Assembly: GCA_041640655.1 (NCBI GenBank)
Contig: JBEPZV010000030.1
Span: forward strand, 1 to 33,063
Direction: 5' to 3'
Source of the DNA: a bacterium
GTDB lineage: Bacteria > Acidobacteriota > Blastocatellia > HR10
DNA: 33,063 bases
Shown: positions 7,630-15,489 of the stretch, in pieces
Numbering within the stretch: position 1 is the first letter of the stretch
Layout of the letters: the number at the start of each line of letters is the position of its first letter
Translations under genes and position numbers: made by a program
Notes under the pieces: generated by a model
The model's input: only the letters and a program-made list of their open reading frames with translations
Database searches by the model: none
Told to the model about the DNA's origin: nothing

Positions 7630-9753
7630 TCAGCCGAGATGCTCGCGGAGGACTCGCACCAGGTCCTCAACCTGAAAGGGCTTCTCGATCACAGGCCTCT
7701 GGGTCCGATCCAGAAAGGCGCGCGTTCGCGGATCCACAAGGTCCCCAGTGAGGAAGATCATGCGCTCGCGCATCTCCGGCCACTTCTCGGCGATCTCTTC
7801 GTAGACCTCTTGTCCGCTGAGACCCGGCATCTTGAGATCGCAGAGGATCAGGTCATAGGTGCGATGCCGCAGTTTCTCCAGTGCTTGAAACCCATCACTC
7901 GCGGTATCCGTGTGATGTCCTTCCGCCTCCACGAGTTTCTTGATGAGGTCCAGAAGAGCTGGCTCGTCCTCTACGAGAAGGAGGGATCGTGCCGAGGAGG
8001 AGGGTGGGGGGAGGGCTGGCGCTGGCTCCACATGGCCTGCATCGTCCTGGTCAATCGGGAGCTCCACGATGAAGGTCGCTCCCTGTCCCGGTCGGCTGTG
8101 AACGTAGAGCCGGCCTCCGTGTTCCTGAACAATGCTGTGAGAGATTGAGAGGCCCAATCCGGTCCCCTGCCCGACAGGCTTCGTCGTGAAGAAAGGCTCG
8201 AAGATGCGATGGATGATGGCTTCGGGGATTCCCGGCCCATCGTCGGCGATCGCGATGCGTATCCAGCTCTCTGAACCTTGGCGTGAGTGCGCCCGAGAGT
8301 CCGAGGGAGAAAGGCATTGCGTGCGGATGGTCAGGCGTCCTCGCCCGTGCGCTTCCAGCATCGCCTGTTCCGCATTGATGATGAGGTTGAGGAGGACCTG
8401 CTGCAGTTGGGAGCCATCGGCGGGGATCGGAGGGAGAGTGGGGTCGAACTCTTTGATGACCTCGATGTTGTTCACTCGCAGGTGATAGGCGCGAAGCGCC
8501 AGCGTGCCCTCGATCAGATCATTGATCTTCACCAGAGATCGCGCGTGCTGTTTCGGTCGGGCGAACGTGAGCAGGTTCTGCACAATCCGCCGCGCCCGCA
8601 GCGCGGCCTCAGAGATGGCATTCAGGCCACTGGCGAGAGCGGGGGGGAGGTCCGGCTCAACGCGCATCAACTCGCTGTATCCGATGATGATGGCCAGGGG
8701 ATTGTTCAATTCGTGCGCGACGCCGGAGATGAGCTGTCCGAGCGCCGCCATCTTCTCCGACTGGAGGATCTGCTCGCGAAGCGCCTTCGCCTCGCTGACG
8801 TCGCGCGCGATGACCAACAGGGAGGGCTGGCCTTCGTATTCGATCGCGCAGGCATTGATGTTGACGAAGATGTGGCGCCCATCTTTGCCGATCAGGACCA
8901 CATCCTGAGGTGTGCTCGGCTCCCCCGGCTTGCGGGAGAGGTATTGTGTTCGCACCAGCTCCCGATAATCGTCGCGCACGAGATCCAGAAAATCCCGCGC
9001 GGTGATCTCTTCCGCGGAGTATCCGAGCATCTTCAAGCCGGAGGTATTGCAGTAGCGGAAGCGTCCCTGCTGGAGGATCGCCACAGCATCCGCCGCGCTC
9101 TCGATGATCGCCCGAAGTTGTTGCTCCGAATGGTGCAGCCGCTCGGCCTGCTCTCGCGTGGCCTCCAGCAGATTCGAGACCTCACGATAGAGGGAAGCGT
9201 TCTCCAGGGCGACGCCAATGATATTCCCCACCGAATCCAGGAATTGGTGCGCGTCAGCATCCCACTCGCGGGGGCGGCGATGCGCCAGGACGACGACGCC
9301 CAGGATATTCCCCTTCGCCTTCAAGGGGATCAGCGCGTGGAAGCGAAATCCCTCCCGCCGGAGGAGGCGACCGATCACTCCTTCCGTGGGCTCGCCGATG
9401 ACGGAGGTCCTCTGACTCAGGACACGGGAGAGGACAGCATCCTGTGGCCCCACATGTTGAAGAGGGGCGAGCGTTGTCGCCTGCAGCCCCTGGTGCGCCA
9501 GCAGGCGAAAAGCATCCGAGGGAAAGTCCCTCAGCAGGATAATTCCCGCGTCCAGCTCCAGCAAGCGCAGGATGTGATCGAGAGCCAGAGGGAGCGTTCG
9601 GTTCACGTCGAGCGATTGGCTCACAGCCGTCGCGATCGCGTTCAGGGCCACCAGTTGCTTGTTTTGTTCCAAAAGGCGGCCAGCTCGCCGGAGGATCCGC
9701 TCATGGGGTTCATGAAGCAGGGCTCGGGCATCGGACGGCGAATGGGCATTCAT
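7630..9753 (-). CDS. Soluble hybrid sensor histidine kinase (GAF-PAS-HisKA-HATPase-REC)
   Basis: H-box GVAHELNNPL, N-box QVLLNLIINA, DDGPGI, FEPFFTTK, GTGLGL, and receiver LLVEDE...DLKMPG...KP. N-terminal GAF and PAS; no TM. Start 9753 (MNAHS) behind GGAGG; the alternative 9786 overlaps the S8 stop. Confidence 0.92.
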   Translation of the reverse strand: MNAHSPSDARALLHEPHERILRRAGRLLEQNKQLVALNAIATAVSQSLDVNRTLPLALDHILRLLELDAGIILLRDFPSDAFRLLAHQGLQATTLAPLQHVGPQDAVLSRVLSQRTSVIGEPTEGVIGRLLRREGFRFHALIPLKAKGNILGVVVLAHRRPREWDADAHQFLDSVGNIIGVALENASLYREVSNLLEATREQAERLHHSEQQLRAIIESAADAVAILQQGRFRYCNTSGLKMLGYSAEEITARDFLDLVRDDYRELVRTQYLSRKPGEPSTPQDVVLIGKDGRHIFVNINACAIEYEGQPSLLVIARDVSEAKALREQILQSEKMAALGQLISGVAHELNNPLAIIIGYSELMRVEPDLPPALASGLNAISEAALRARRIVQNLLTFARPKQHARSLVKINDLIEGTLALRAYHLRVNNIEVIKEFDPTLPPIPADGSQLQQVLLNLIINAEQAMLEAHGRGRLTIRTQCLSPSDSRAHSRQGSESWIRIAIADDGPGIPEAIIHRIFEPFFTTKPVGQGTGLGLSISHSIVQEHGGRLYVHSRPGQGATFIVELPIDQDDAGHVEPAPALPPPSSSARSLLLVEDEPALLDLIKKLVEAEGHHTDTASDGFQALEKLRHRTYDLILCDLKMPGLSGQEVYEEIAEKWPEMRERMIFLTGDLVDPRTRAFLDRTQRPVIEKPFQVEDLVRVLREHLG

Positions 9754-9782
9754 CCTCTCACTCCCTCCCACGACCGGCATCC

Positions 9783-10979
9783 TCATTGAGTGAGGGCTGC
9801 GAACGCATCGATGCGTCCGTATCCGAGTCCGCTACCGACATAGATGGCGCTGTTCAGGACCCGGCTGGGATCGCGCCCGAGGGAGAGCACGAGGGCCACG
9901 GTCCCGCTGACGAAAGGCGCAGAGAAGGACGTACCGCTCCACCAGGCGTACCGCCCTCCCGGATATGCGCTATAAATATTCACGCCTGGCGCGCACAGAT
10001 CCACGAAGGCTCCGTAATTCGAGAAATCGGCCTTGCGATCCTGCGGATCCGTCGCCGCTACGGCCCATACCAGCGCTTCTTCTGACGCCGGGAATGGTGG
10101 TGTGCTGCTATTGTCGTTCCCCGCCGACGCGATGAGCGTGACCCCCTGTTGCGCGGCGAACTGCAAGGCCTCTCGGATCGCCCGCGAGGGTGTGGAGAGG
10201 CCAAAACTCATGTTGATCACCTGAGCCCCTCGCATCGCGGCGAACCGGATCGCCTTCACGACGTCGGCAGCCGTGCCCACGCCATCTGACGTGAACGCCC
10301 GCATGGGCATCAGCGTTGCCTCTCGCGCGACGAGCGCGACAATACCAGCGACCATCGTCCCATGACCATAAGCCGGACCACCTCCCTGTTCCACGGGCGT
10401 GCGGTCTTGATCCACAAAGTCATAGCCTTCAGTGAGCCTTGTGAAAACCGGATGCGTGGGGTCAATTCCTGTATCAATCACCGCCACGGTGATGCCCTCA
10501 CCTCGCGTGATAGTCTGCGCTTGCTTCAGACGCAGCAGTCGCGCGGCGTATTGATCAAAATAATCTGATGGGGAATAGCCATCGACGAAGGCCTGGCTTC
10601 GCTGATCCACGAACGCCTGACTTCGCTGATCAAGCTGGAAGATCCGCAGAAGGAAATTCGGCTCTGCCCATTCCACAGCGGGATCGCTCTTCAAGAGGGC
10701 GAGCGCTTGTGGGACTCCCAGAAGCGGAGGCAAGCCCAACCGAAATGTGTTCGCCTCCAGACGGTCGAGGATCGTGAGTCCCAGGCGTTGCACTACGGTC
10801 TGGATGTCCTGTCCTGGTCGCCCTTTGCAGAGGACCTCTCCCTCGCGATACAGGGGGTTGGATTGGGCCCGCGCAGAGGGTCCGAAGGAAACGAGCGAGT
10901 GCGAGCCACTCAGGCTCCAGAACAGAGACCAGATGAGAATCCAAACGCTACGGCGCGCTCGCGTGATGTGGTATCTCAT
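9783..10979 (-). CDS. S8 (subtilisin-like) serine peptidase with signal peptide and N-terminal prodomain
   Basis: Triad motifs VIDTG (D), HGTMVAG (H), GTSFSAP (S) and oxyanion SAGND. Hydrophobic N-terminus ending ARA|Q; prodomain ending AVEWAEPNF; AGGAGG SD. Confidence 0.92.
   Translation of the reverse strand: MRYHITRARRSVWILIWSLFWSLSGSHSLVSFGPSARAQSNPLYREGEVLCKGRPGQDIQTVVQRLGLTILDRLEANTFRLGLPPLLGVPQALALLKSDPAVEWAEPNFLLRIFQLDQRSQAFVDQRSQAFVDGYSPSDYFDQYAARLLRLKQAQTITRGEGITVAVIDTGIDPTHPVFTRLTEGYDFVDQDRTPVEQGGGPAYGHGTMVAGIVALVAREATLMPMRAFTSDGVGTAADVVKAIRFAAMRGAQVINMSFGLSTPSRAIREALQFAAQQGVTLIASAGNDNSSTPPFPASEEALVWAVAATDPQDRKADFSNYGAFVDLCAPGVNIYSAYPGGRYAWWSGTSFSAPFVSGTVALVLSLGRDPSRVLNSAIYVGSGLGYGRIDAFAALTQ
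10581..10631 (-). repeat. Tandem 24-bp coding repeat encoding DQRSQAFV-DQRSQAFV-D at the S8 prodomain/catalytic junction
   Basis: Unit 1 GATCAGCGAAGTCAGGCGTTCGTG (10608-10631) and unit 2 GATCAGCGAAGCCAGGCCTTCGTC (10584-10607) are 21/24 identical, and all 3 differences are synonymous third positions. Confidence 0.95.
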
Positions 10980-11021
10980 CGCTCATCCTCCTATCGGATT
11001 CATGCCCGGCCCCCATCGGGC

Positions 11022-13898
11022 TTAGAAGGGCGCTCCGATCAAGACGAACGGCGCCCAATAATAGGGATGCTCGTATCTCGCCCTCACGGCCAGATGCGCG
11101 TTCCGCAGGGCCGCGCGCTTGCTGAGTCCCTGCTGCCACCCTGCGTAGAAGTATCGCATGAAAGTCGCCGTCGAGCGGTCGCTGACTGTCCACAGGCTGG
11201 CCAGGAGAGAAGGAACTCCTGCATAGAGGAAGCCGCGCATGAGTCCGAACAGCTCATCGCCGGGGAAGATGGCGTTCATCCCGGTCTCGCACGCGCTCAA
11301 GACCACCAGTTCGGCTCGCAGCGTGAGGTTGAAGATATCGTAAAAGTTCAGCCACGCGTCCTTCAAGCGCAAGGCCGAGAAGAGCGGATTGTCCGGTCGA
11401 AAGAGGCCATGGGAGGCCAAATGCAGGACGCGGCCCGATGGCGCCGCGCGTCGGAAATTCTCCAACGTGGCGGCTTCTCCGGTGAGGAGAAGGGCATCCG
11501 TCCAGATCGAGGCGAGCTCGGCGACCTCTTCCCGAACGAAGGGGGTCGCCTCGTCCCACACGCCGACGATCACGGCCGGTCCTTCGCGCGGCCGCATCTG
11601 AGCTTTTTGCACGCAGAGCCGATAGATGCTGGCGCTCGGACAATAAGAGACCTCTCGTTGGTCCGCGAGATACTCCCGCCCATTCTGGAGCGCATGGAAG
11701 GGGACATAATGAAGGAAGCCCGAAGGCGCGATGATCACCCGCTCCCCTTCGAGGGCCGATTCGAGGGGCGCGATCAGCGCCTGATACAATTCACGGAGGT
11801 AGTGATTGACGAGCACGGACATGTCCGTGAGATGGGCTTGCGCGTAGCGCTCGCCGAGAGCGAACTTCCGAAGAGCGAATCGCAATTGGCGCAGCAGGGG
11901 AGCAACGCGGTCGGCCTCGGCGATCTCCGGAAAGACGGAGATCTCATCCCGGGTGAGGATGAAGGCTCCGATCTTGCCTCGGGCGAGAAAGTATTCCAGG
12001 AAGACGTCCTCCTGGAGGACCTCTTGCACCTGCGGTGCGGAGACAGGAGAGGTCACGCGCAGATCCGCGTATTCGGCATCATGCATTTGCAACTGGTGAC
12101 TCAGCCGCCTCAGCTGCCGCTCTCGCCGACGGATCTCTCGCCGCAGCTCCTCCTCGGCGGGCGCTCGGCGGCGCGTCGGGTGGAGCTGCTGTTCCTGAAG
12201 CCGATTGAAGAGCCAGTTCAATTCCTCGCGCACGCGATTCCACTCTCGGTGGAGCCTCTCGATGTGCGGCTCTCGTCGCTTACTCTCGATGCGCTGTTCG
12301 GCCGCCAGCAGCTCGGCCAGGGCTCGCGCCTTCGCTGCCTCGACCACAGCGAAGGCTTCCGCGACCTTCTCCGGCGTCCCGGCGCGCAGGCAAAGCGCCG
12401 TCAGATCTTCATACACTCTGAGCTTGTCGCTCACGAACGTGCACCGATACTCATCCACGCGAATGTGGCTGCGCAAATCCTCCAGGTGGGCAATCGCGCG
12501 CCGATACGCGCGATATGCCCGCTCTTCGTCTCCCTTCTGCTCGAGGACCGCTCCGAGAAGGTGCCATCCTTTCTGTTTCAGCTCTAACGCGTCTCGCTCA
12601 CGGATACGGTTCAGAGCGAAGCGACAGAAGCGTTCAGCGTCCTGCACGTCTCCTTTCACGAGTTGAATCCTGGCCATCTGCAGTTCGGCGGAGGCGACCT
12701 TCGTCACAAGCCCCTGTTCCTGAAAGAGCGCTCGGGCTTCCACGCTGAGCTGCCAAGCCGCTTCCCACTGGTTTTGAGCAATGAGCACTTCGCTCAGATA
12801 GAGGTTCGAGAGGGCGCACCAGACGAGATTGCCCTCGGCGCGGAATCCTCGGCGCGCCTCTTCTAGAAAATGCGCGGCAGCCGAGAGATCGCGGCGGTGG
12901 GCGGATGCGAGGCCCAGATACATCTGGGCCTTCGCGTGCTCATAGTTCATCTTCAACTGTGCGAACACCTCGGCTGCCGAGCGAGCGGACTCCCCCGCAT
13001 CCTCGTAGGCGTTCAGATGGAGATAGATCTCGGCCATGTCCAGATCACACAGCGCCGCCAGCACCGTGTCGCCCGATCCTCGGGCGCGGACTTTGACCTC
13101 GGCGAATTGTGTGAGGCTCTCGTGGAATCGCCCGCGCTGGAAAGCGAGCCAGGCGAGGCTATAGTCCACCTCATTCACCATGTTGGAGAAGCTCAACTTC
13201 TCGTAAATTCGCCGAGCCTCCTGGTAAGAAGCGAGCGCGCGCTCGAATTCGCCGAGCGAGGTGTACTGGTTGGCGCTATTGAAATGCGTGAGGGCGAGCC
13301 CCAGTTCGTCGCCCTGCTGAAGGAAGATCTCGCGCGCGTATTCGTAAAACCGGAGCGCCTCCCGATAGCGATCGAGGCGGTGGTAGATGTTCCCCACGTT
13401 CGTTTCCAATTGAGCCAGCAGGAGCGACTCCCCGTGTCGGCGGAAGACCTCGCGGGCCCATGCCGCGACCGCCAGCGCGCGCTCGTAGTCGCCCATGTAC
13501 ATCAGAACGTCCACTTTCGCCCGAGCGATCCGCGCGGCTTCGACCTCTCGTCCCAATTGCCGATAGATCGCTTCCGCGCGCTCGTAACAGTCGAGCGCTT
13601 CCTGATATCGCCCGGAGAAATGGCGGGCAAGTGCGCATGCGTGAAAGGCGAGCGCCGACGCTGTGGGATCTTCGCACGCGGCCGCCAAGATGCGCGTGGC
13701 TTCCGCGGCGCGCGTGGCCGCCGAGATCTCCATGCGGATCAGGCGAGCGACCTCCTCCTTGAGTTGTCGGATGAGCGAGAGGGGGACTGATCGCTCAGGC
13801 GGGAGGAGATCCTCGATCTCTTCCCCCGCGCGCAGACGCGCGAGCACGTCTTCGATCCAAGCCTTCTTGTCCTCCGTCACAGGCTCCAGCGTCCGCAT
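11022..13898 (-). CDS. TPR-CHAT (caspase HetF-associated, clan CD) protease
   Basis: N-terminal TPR-like helical repeats of about 40 aa, a coiled-coil segment, and a C-terminal CHAT domain with IIAPSGFLHYVPFHAL, HLASHG (His), LSACETG (Cys), ASLWTVSD, HPYYWAPFVLIG. Confidence 0.93.
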   Translation of the reverse strand: MRTLEPVTEDKKAWIEDVLARLRAGEEIEDLLPPERSVPLSLIRQLKEEVARLIRMEISAATRAAEATRILAAACEDPTASALAFHACALARHFSGRYQEALDCYERAEAIYRQLGREVEAARIARAKVDVLMYMGDYERALAVAAWAREVFRRHGESLLLAQLETNVGNIYHRLDRYREALRFYEYAREIFLQQGDELGLALTHFNSANQYTSLGEFERALASYQEARRIYEKLSFSNMVNEVDYSLAWLAFQRGRFHESLTQFAEVKVRARGSGDTVLAALCDLDMAEIYLHLNAYEDAGESARSAAEVFAQLKMNYEHAKAQMYLGLASAHRRDLSAAAHFLEEARRGFRAEGNLVWCALSNLYLSEVLIAQNQWEAAWQLSVEARALFQEQGLVTKVASAELQMARIQLVKGDVQDAERFCRFALNRIRERDALELKQKGWHLLGAVLEQKGDEERAYRAYRRAIAHLEDLRSHIRVDEYRCTFVSDKLRVYEDLTALCLRAGTPEKVAEAFAVVEAAKARALAELLAAEQRIESKRREPHIERLHREWNRVREELNWLFNRLQEQQLHPTRRRAPAEEELRREIRRRERQLRRLSHQLQMHDAEYADLRVTSPVSAPQVQEVLQEDVFLEYFLARGKIGAFILTRDEISVFPEIAEADRVAPLLRQLRFALRKFALGERYAQAHLTDMSVLVNHYLRELYQALIAPLESALEGERVIIAPSGFLHYVPFHALQNGREYLADQREVSYCPSASIYRLCVQKAQMRPREGPAVIVGVWDEATPFVREEVAELASIWTDALLLTGEAATLENFRRAAPSGRVLHLASHGLFRPDNPLFSALRLKDAWLNFYDIFNLTLRAELVVLSACETGMNAIFPGDELFGLMRGFLYAGVPSLLASLWTVSDRSTATFMRYFYAGWQQGLSKRAALRNAHLAVRARYEHPYYWAPFVLIGAPF

Positions 13899-13913
13899 AG
13901 GTCACCCTCGCAA

Positions 13914-14552
13914 CTACGGCAAGCCTTCCTCTGTTTGAAGCAGCGCTTGAAGCCCGGTGATGCGAATCTCGTCCCCTTCGCGCTGCAGTCGCATGTCGTA
14001 GATGCCTTCGGGGATCCCCTCGAGGACGAATTCTCCCATCGGATTGATCTTCGCCGTGCTCACCAGCTGATCCCCCCGCCACAATTCGACGATCGCCTCA
14101 CCGAAAGGGGGGATGCCCTCTCCACACGGGAGCACTTGCCCCAACAGGTCCACTCCGAGGGTGGTCTCCGAGCGCTCGATCAGCAGATCGATCTCGTAGG
14201 CACCGGCTCGATATAACATCTGCCGCGAGGATGGACCTATGTGGCGAAGTCCGAGCAGACGGCTTTCGGCGAAATTATCTATAACGAGGAAGGCCAGGAT
14301 GCGCGAGAGCCGGCTGGGTGAGGGATCCATCAGCCGCTGGCGAAACAGGACGACGGCATGACGAAAAAGCCATTCTGGAGGGTCCAGAAGGCGCGGATTC
14401 GTGATCACCTCCAGAAGGTCGCGTAATCGGCTCATCTCCCGGTGGCAACGGACGCATCCGGCCTCAACATGTCTCTGAACTGCTCCTCTCTTGTCCTCGG
14501 GCAGCTCGCCTTGCAGGAGATCGAGAAGCTCATCAAGGGTCGGACACGCCAT
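13914..14552 (-). CDS. Putative soluble anti-sigma factor: zinc-finger (ZAS-like) N-terminus plus carboxypeptidase-regulatory-like beta-sandwich C-terminus
   Basis: Start reassigned to ATG 14552 (MACPTLDELL) with AGGAG SD. Contains C...HVEAGCVRC and a C-terminal LLGQV...GEFVLEGIPEGIYDMRL pattern. No TM. Lies directly downstream of an ECF sigma. Confidence 0.75.
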   Translation of the reverse strand: MACPTLDELLDLLQGELPEDKRGAVQRHVEAGCVRCHREMSRLRDLLEVITNPRLLDPPEWLFRHAVVLFRQRLMDPSPSRLSRILAFLVIDNFAESRLLGLRHIGPSSRQMLYRAGAYEIDLLIERSETTLGVDLLGQVLPCGEGIPPFGEAIVELWRGDQLVSTAKINPMGEFVLEGIPEGIYDMRLQREGDEIRITGLQALLQTEEGLP

Positions 14553-14583
14553 GTTCTCCTCCCCGTCATGTTCTCCTTCCCTC
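14550..14583 (-). repeat. 17-bp period direct repeat duplicating SD plus ATG (AGGAGAACATG x2)
   Basis: Minus strand GAGGGAAGGAGAACATG-ACGGGGAGGAGAACATG, 14/17 identical. The first ATG (14569) is out of frame with the gene. Confidence 0.8.
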
Positions 14584-14623
14584 TTTATATGTGCCGCCTT
14601 GCGGCGAAAAGATGCACCTCCGC

Positions 14624-15217
14624 CTAAAATCCCAGCCGCTTCAGGGCGTTCACGAACCGCCTCAAGCACCGCGCGCGCATGGGACCGATACTGGAGGCGG
14701 CGAGCCCGAGCTCTTGAGCGATCTCGGCATACGGCTCCTTCTCGTAAAAGAGAAGGATCAGCAGGCGACGACAGGGTTCTCCGATCTCCTCCAACGCTTG
14801 TCGAACGAGCTGTTCGCGCTCCAGCCGCTCGATCTCTTCGAGCGGCAGAGGGGCGGCGTCCGGTTGCTGCAGGAGTTCCTGTCGCGCCTGCTCCAAACTG
14901 ATCCACTCGGGACGTTGCCGTCGTTGCACGCGAGCGCACTGTCGGATCGTGATGGTCGCCACCCATGAGCGGAATCTCGTTTCATCCTTGAGCTTGTGGA
15001 GGTTCTCCAAGATCACCACACAGACGGATTGGAACACATCGGCGACGTCCTCGGGGGGCAACCCCGCTCTCCACGCGAGGGAGTAGATCAAGCGTCCGTA
15101 TCGCTCCAGGAGCGCGATCCACGCCTGTTCCTCTCCCTGCAGGCACAGGGCGATGAGGTCTCTATCGGTGAGACGCCGGTATGCATCCGGTGCATGTTCC
15201 ATAGCGTCGTGCTCCAT
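14624..15217 (-). CDS. ECF (group IV sigma-70) RNA polymerase sigma factor
   Basis: Region 2 (AWIALLERYGRLIY...DVADVFQSV...FRSWVATI) and region 4 HTH (PYAEIAQELGLAASSIGPMRARCL); about 197 aa. Start could be 15202. Confidence 0.92.
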   Translation of the reverse strand: MEHDAMEHAPDAYRRLTDRDLIALCLQGEEQAWIALLERYGRLIYSLAWRAGLPPEDVADVFQSVCVVILENLHKLKDETRFRSWVATITIRQCARVQRRQRPEWISLEQARQELLQQPDAAPLPLEEIERLEREQLVRQALEEIGEPCRRLLILLFYEKEPYAEIAQELGLAASSIGPMRARCLRRFVNALKRLGF

Positions 15218-15249
15218 CCGGAGTGCCCGTCTTCTGGACGGAGAGCCTC

Positions 15250-15277
15250 AGTATAGCATCCTGCGAGGGCAGCGCAA
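15250..15277 (-). promoter_or_regulatory. Putative sigma70 promoter (extended -10) for the sigma-CHAT-S8 operon
   Basis: Minus strand TTGCGC-N16-TATACT with TG-n directly before the -10, about 30 bp upstream of the sigma start. Confidence 0.5.
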
Positions 15278-15489
15278 ATGAGCGGGTCATCGCGCGAGTG
15301 GGCTCTGTAAAGGGACCGCGCTTTTTGAGCGGCGCGCTTCCGAGAGTTGTGCTTCGCACAGAGTCCGCCCCTGCTTGGGATATCGGCGGCGAGAGCATCA
15401 GTTGGCGGCATCCCCTCGGGGTTTGGAGCGGGAGCGCACGAGCCGCAGGGGCCTCCCGCGACAGCGCGTCTGGTCTGTCGCTCGCGGCC

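Noticed and set aside
10707..12587. 626-aa plus-strand ORF, and likewise 8287-9789
   Set aside because: Antisense to the well-supported CHAT, S8 and kinase genes; no recognisable domain.
14553..14966. 138-aa N-terminal extension of the anti-sigma ORF, suggesting overlap or fusion with sigma
   Set aside because: Alternative frame inside the sigma gene with Arg/Ala-rich junk composition. Sigma has its own stop at 14624 and the anti-sigma has its own SD.
11022..15217. TPR-CHAT plus ECF sigma as a type III-E CRISPR (Craspase) locus or gasdermin system
   Set aside because: No Cas7-11, Csx30/31, other cas genes, repeat-spacer array or gasdermin-like ORF is visible in the window.
15280..15489. Intergenic region with small hairpins (e.g. 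TGTGC-TTC-GCACA) as a possible ncRNA or riboswitch
   Set aside because: Stems are short and expected at this GC content; no recognisable family motif. An Rfam/Infernal search would be needed.
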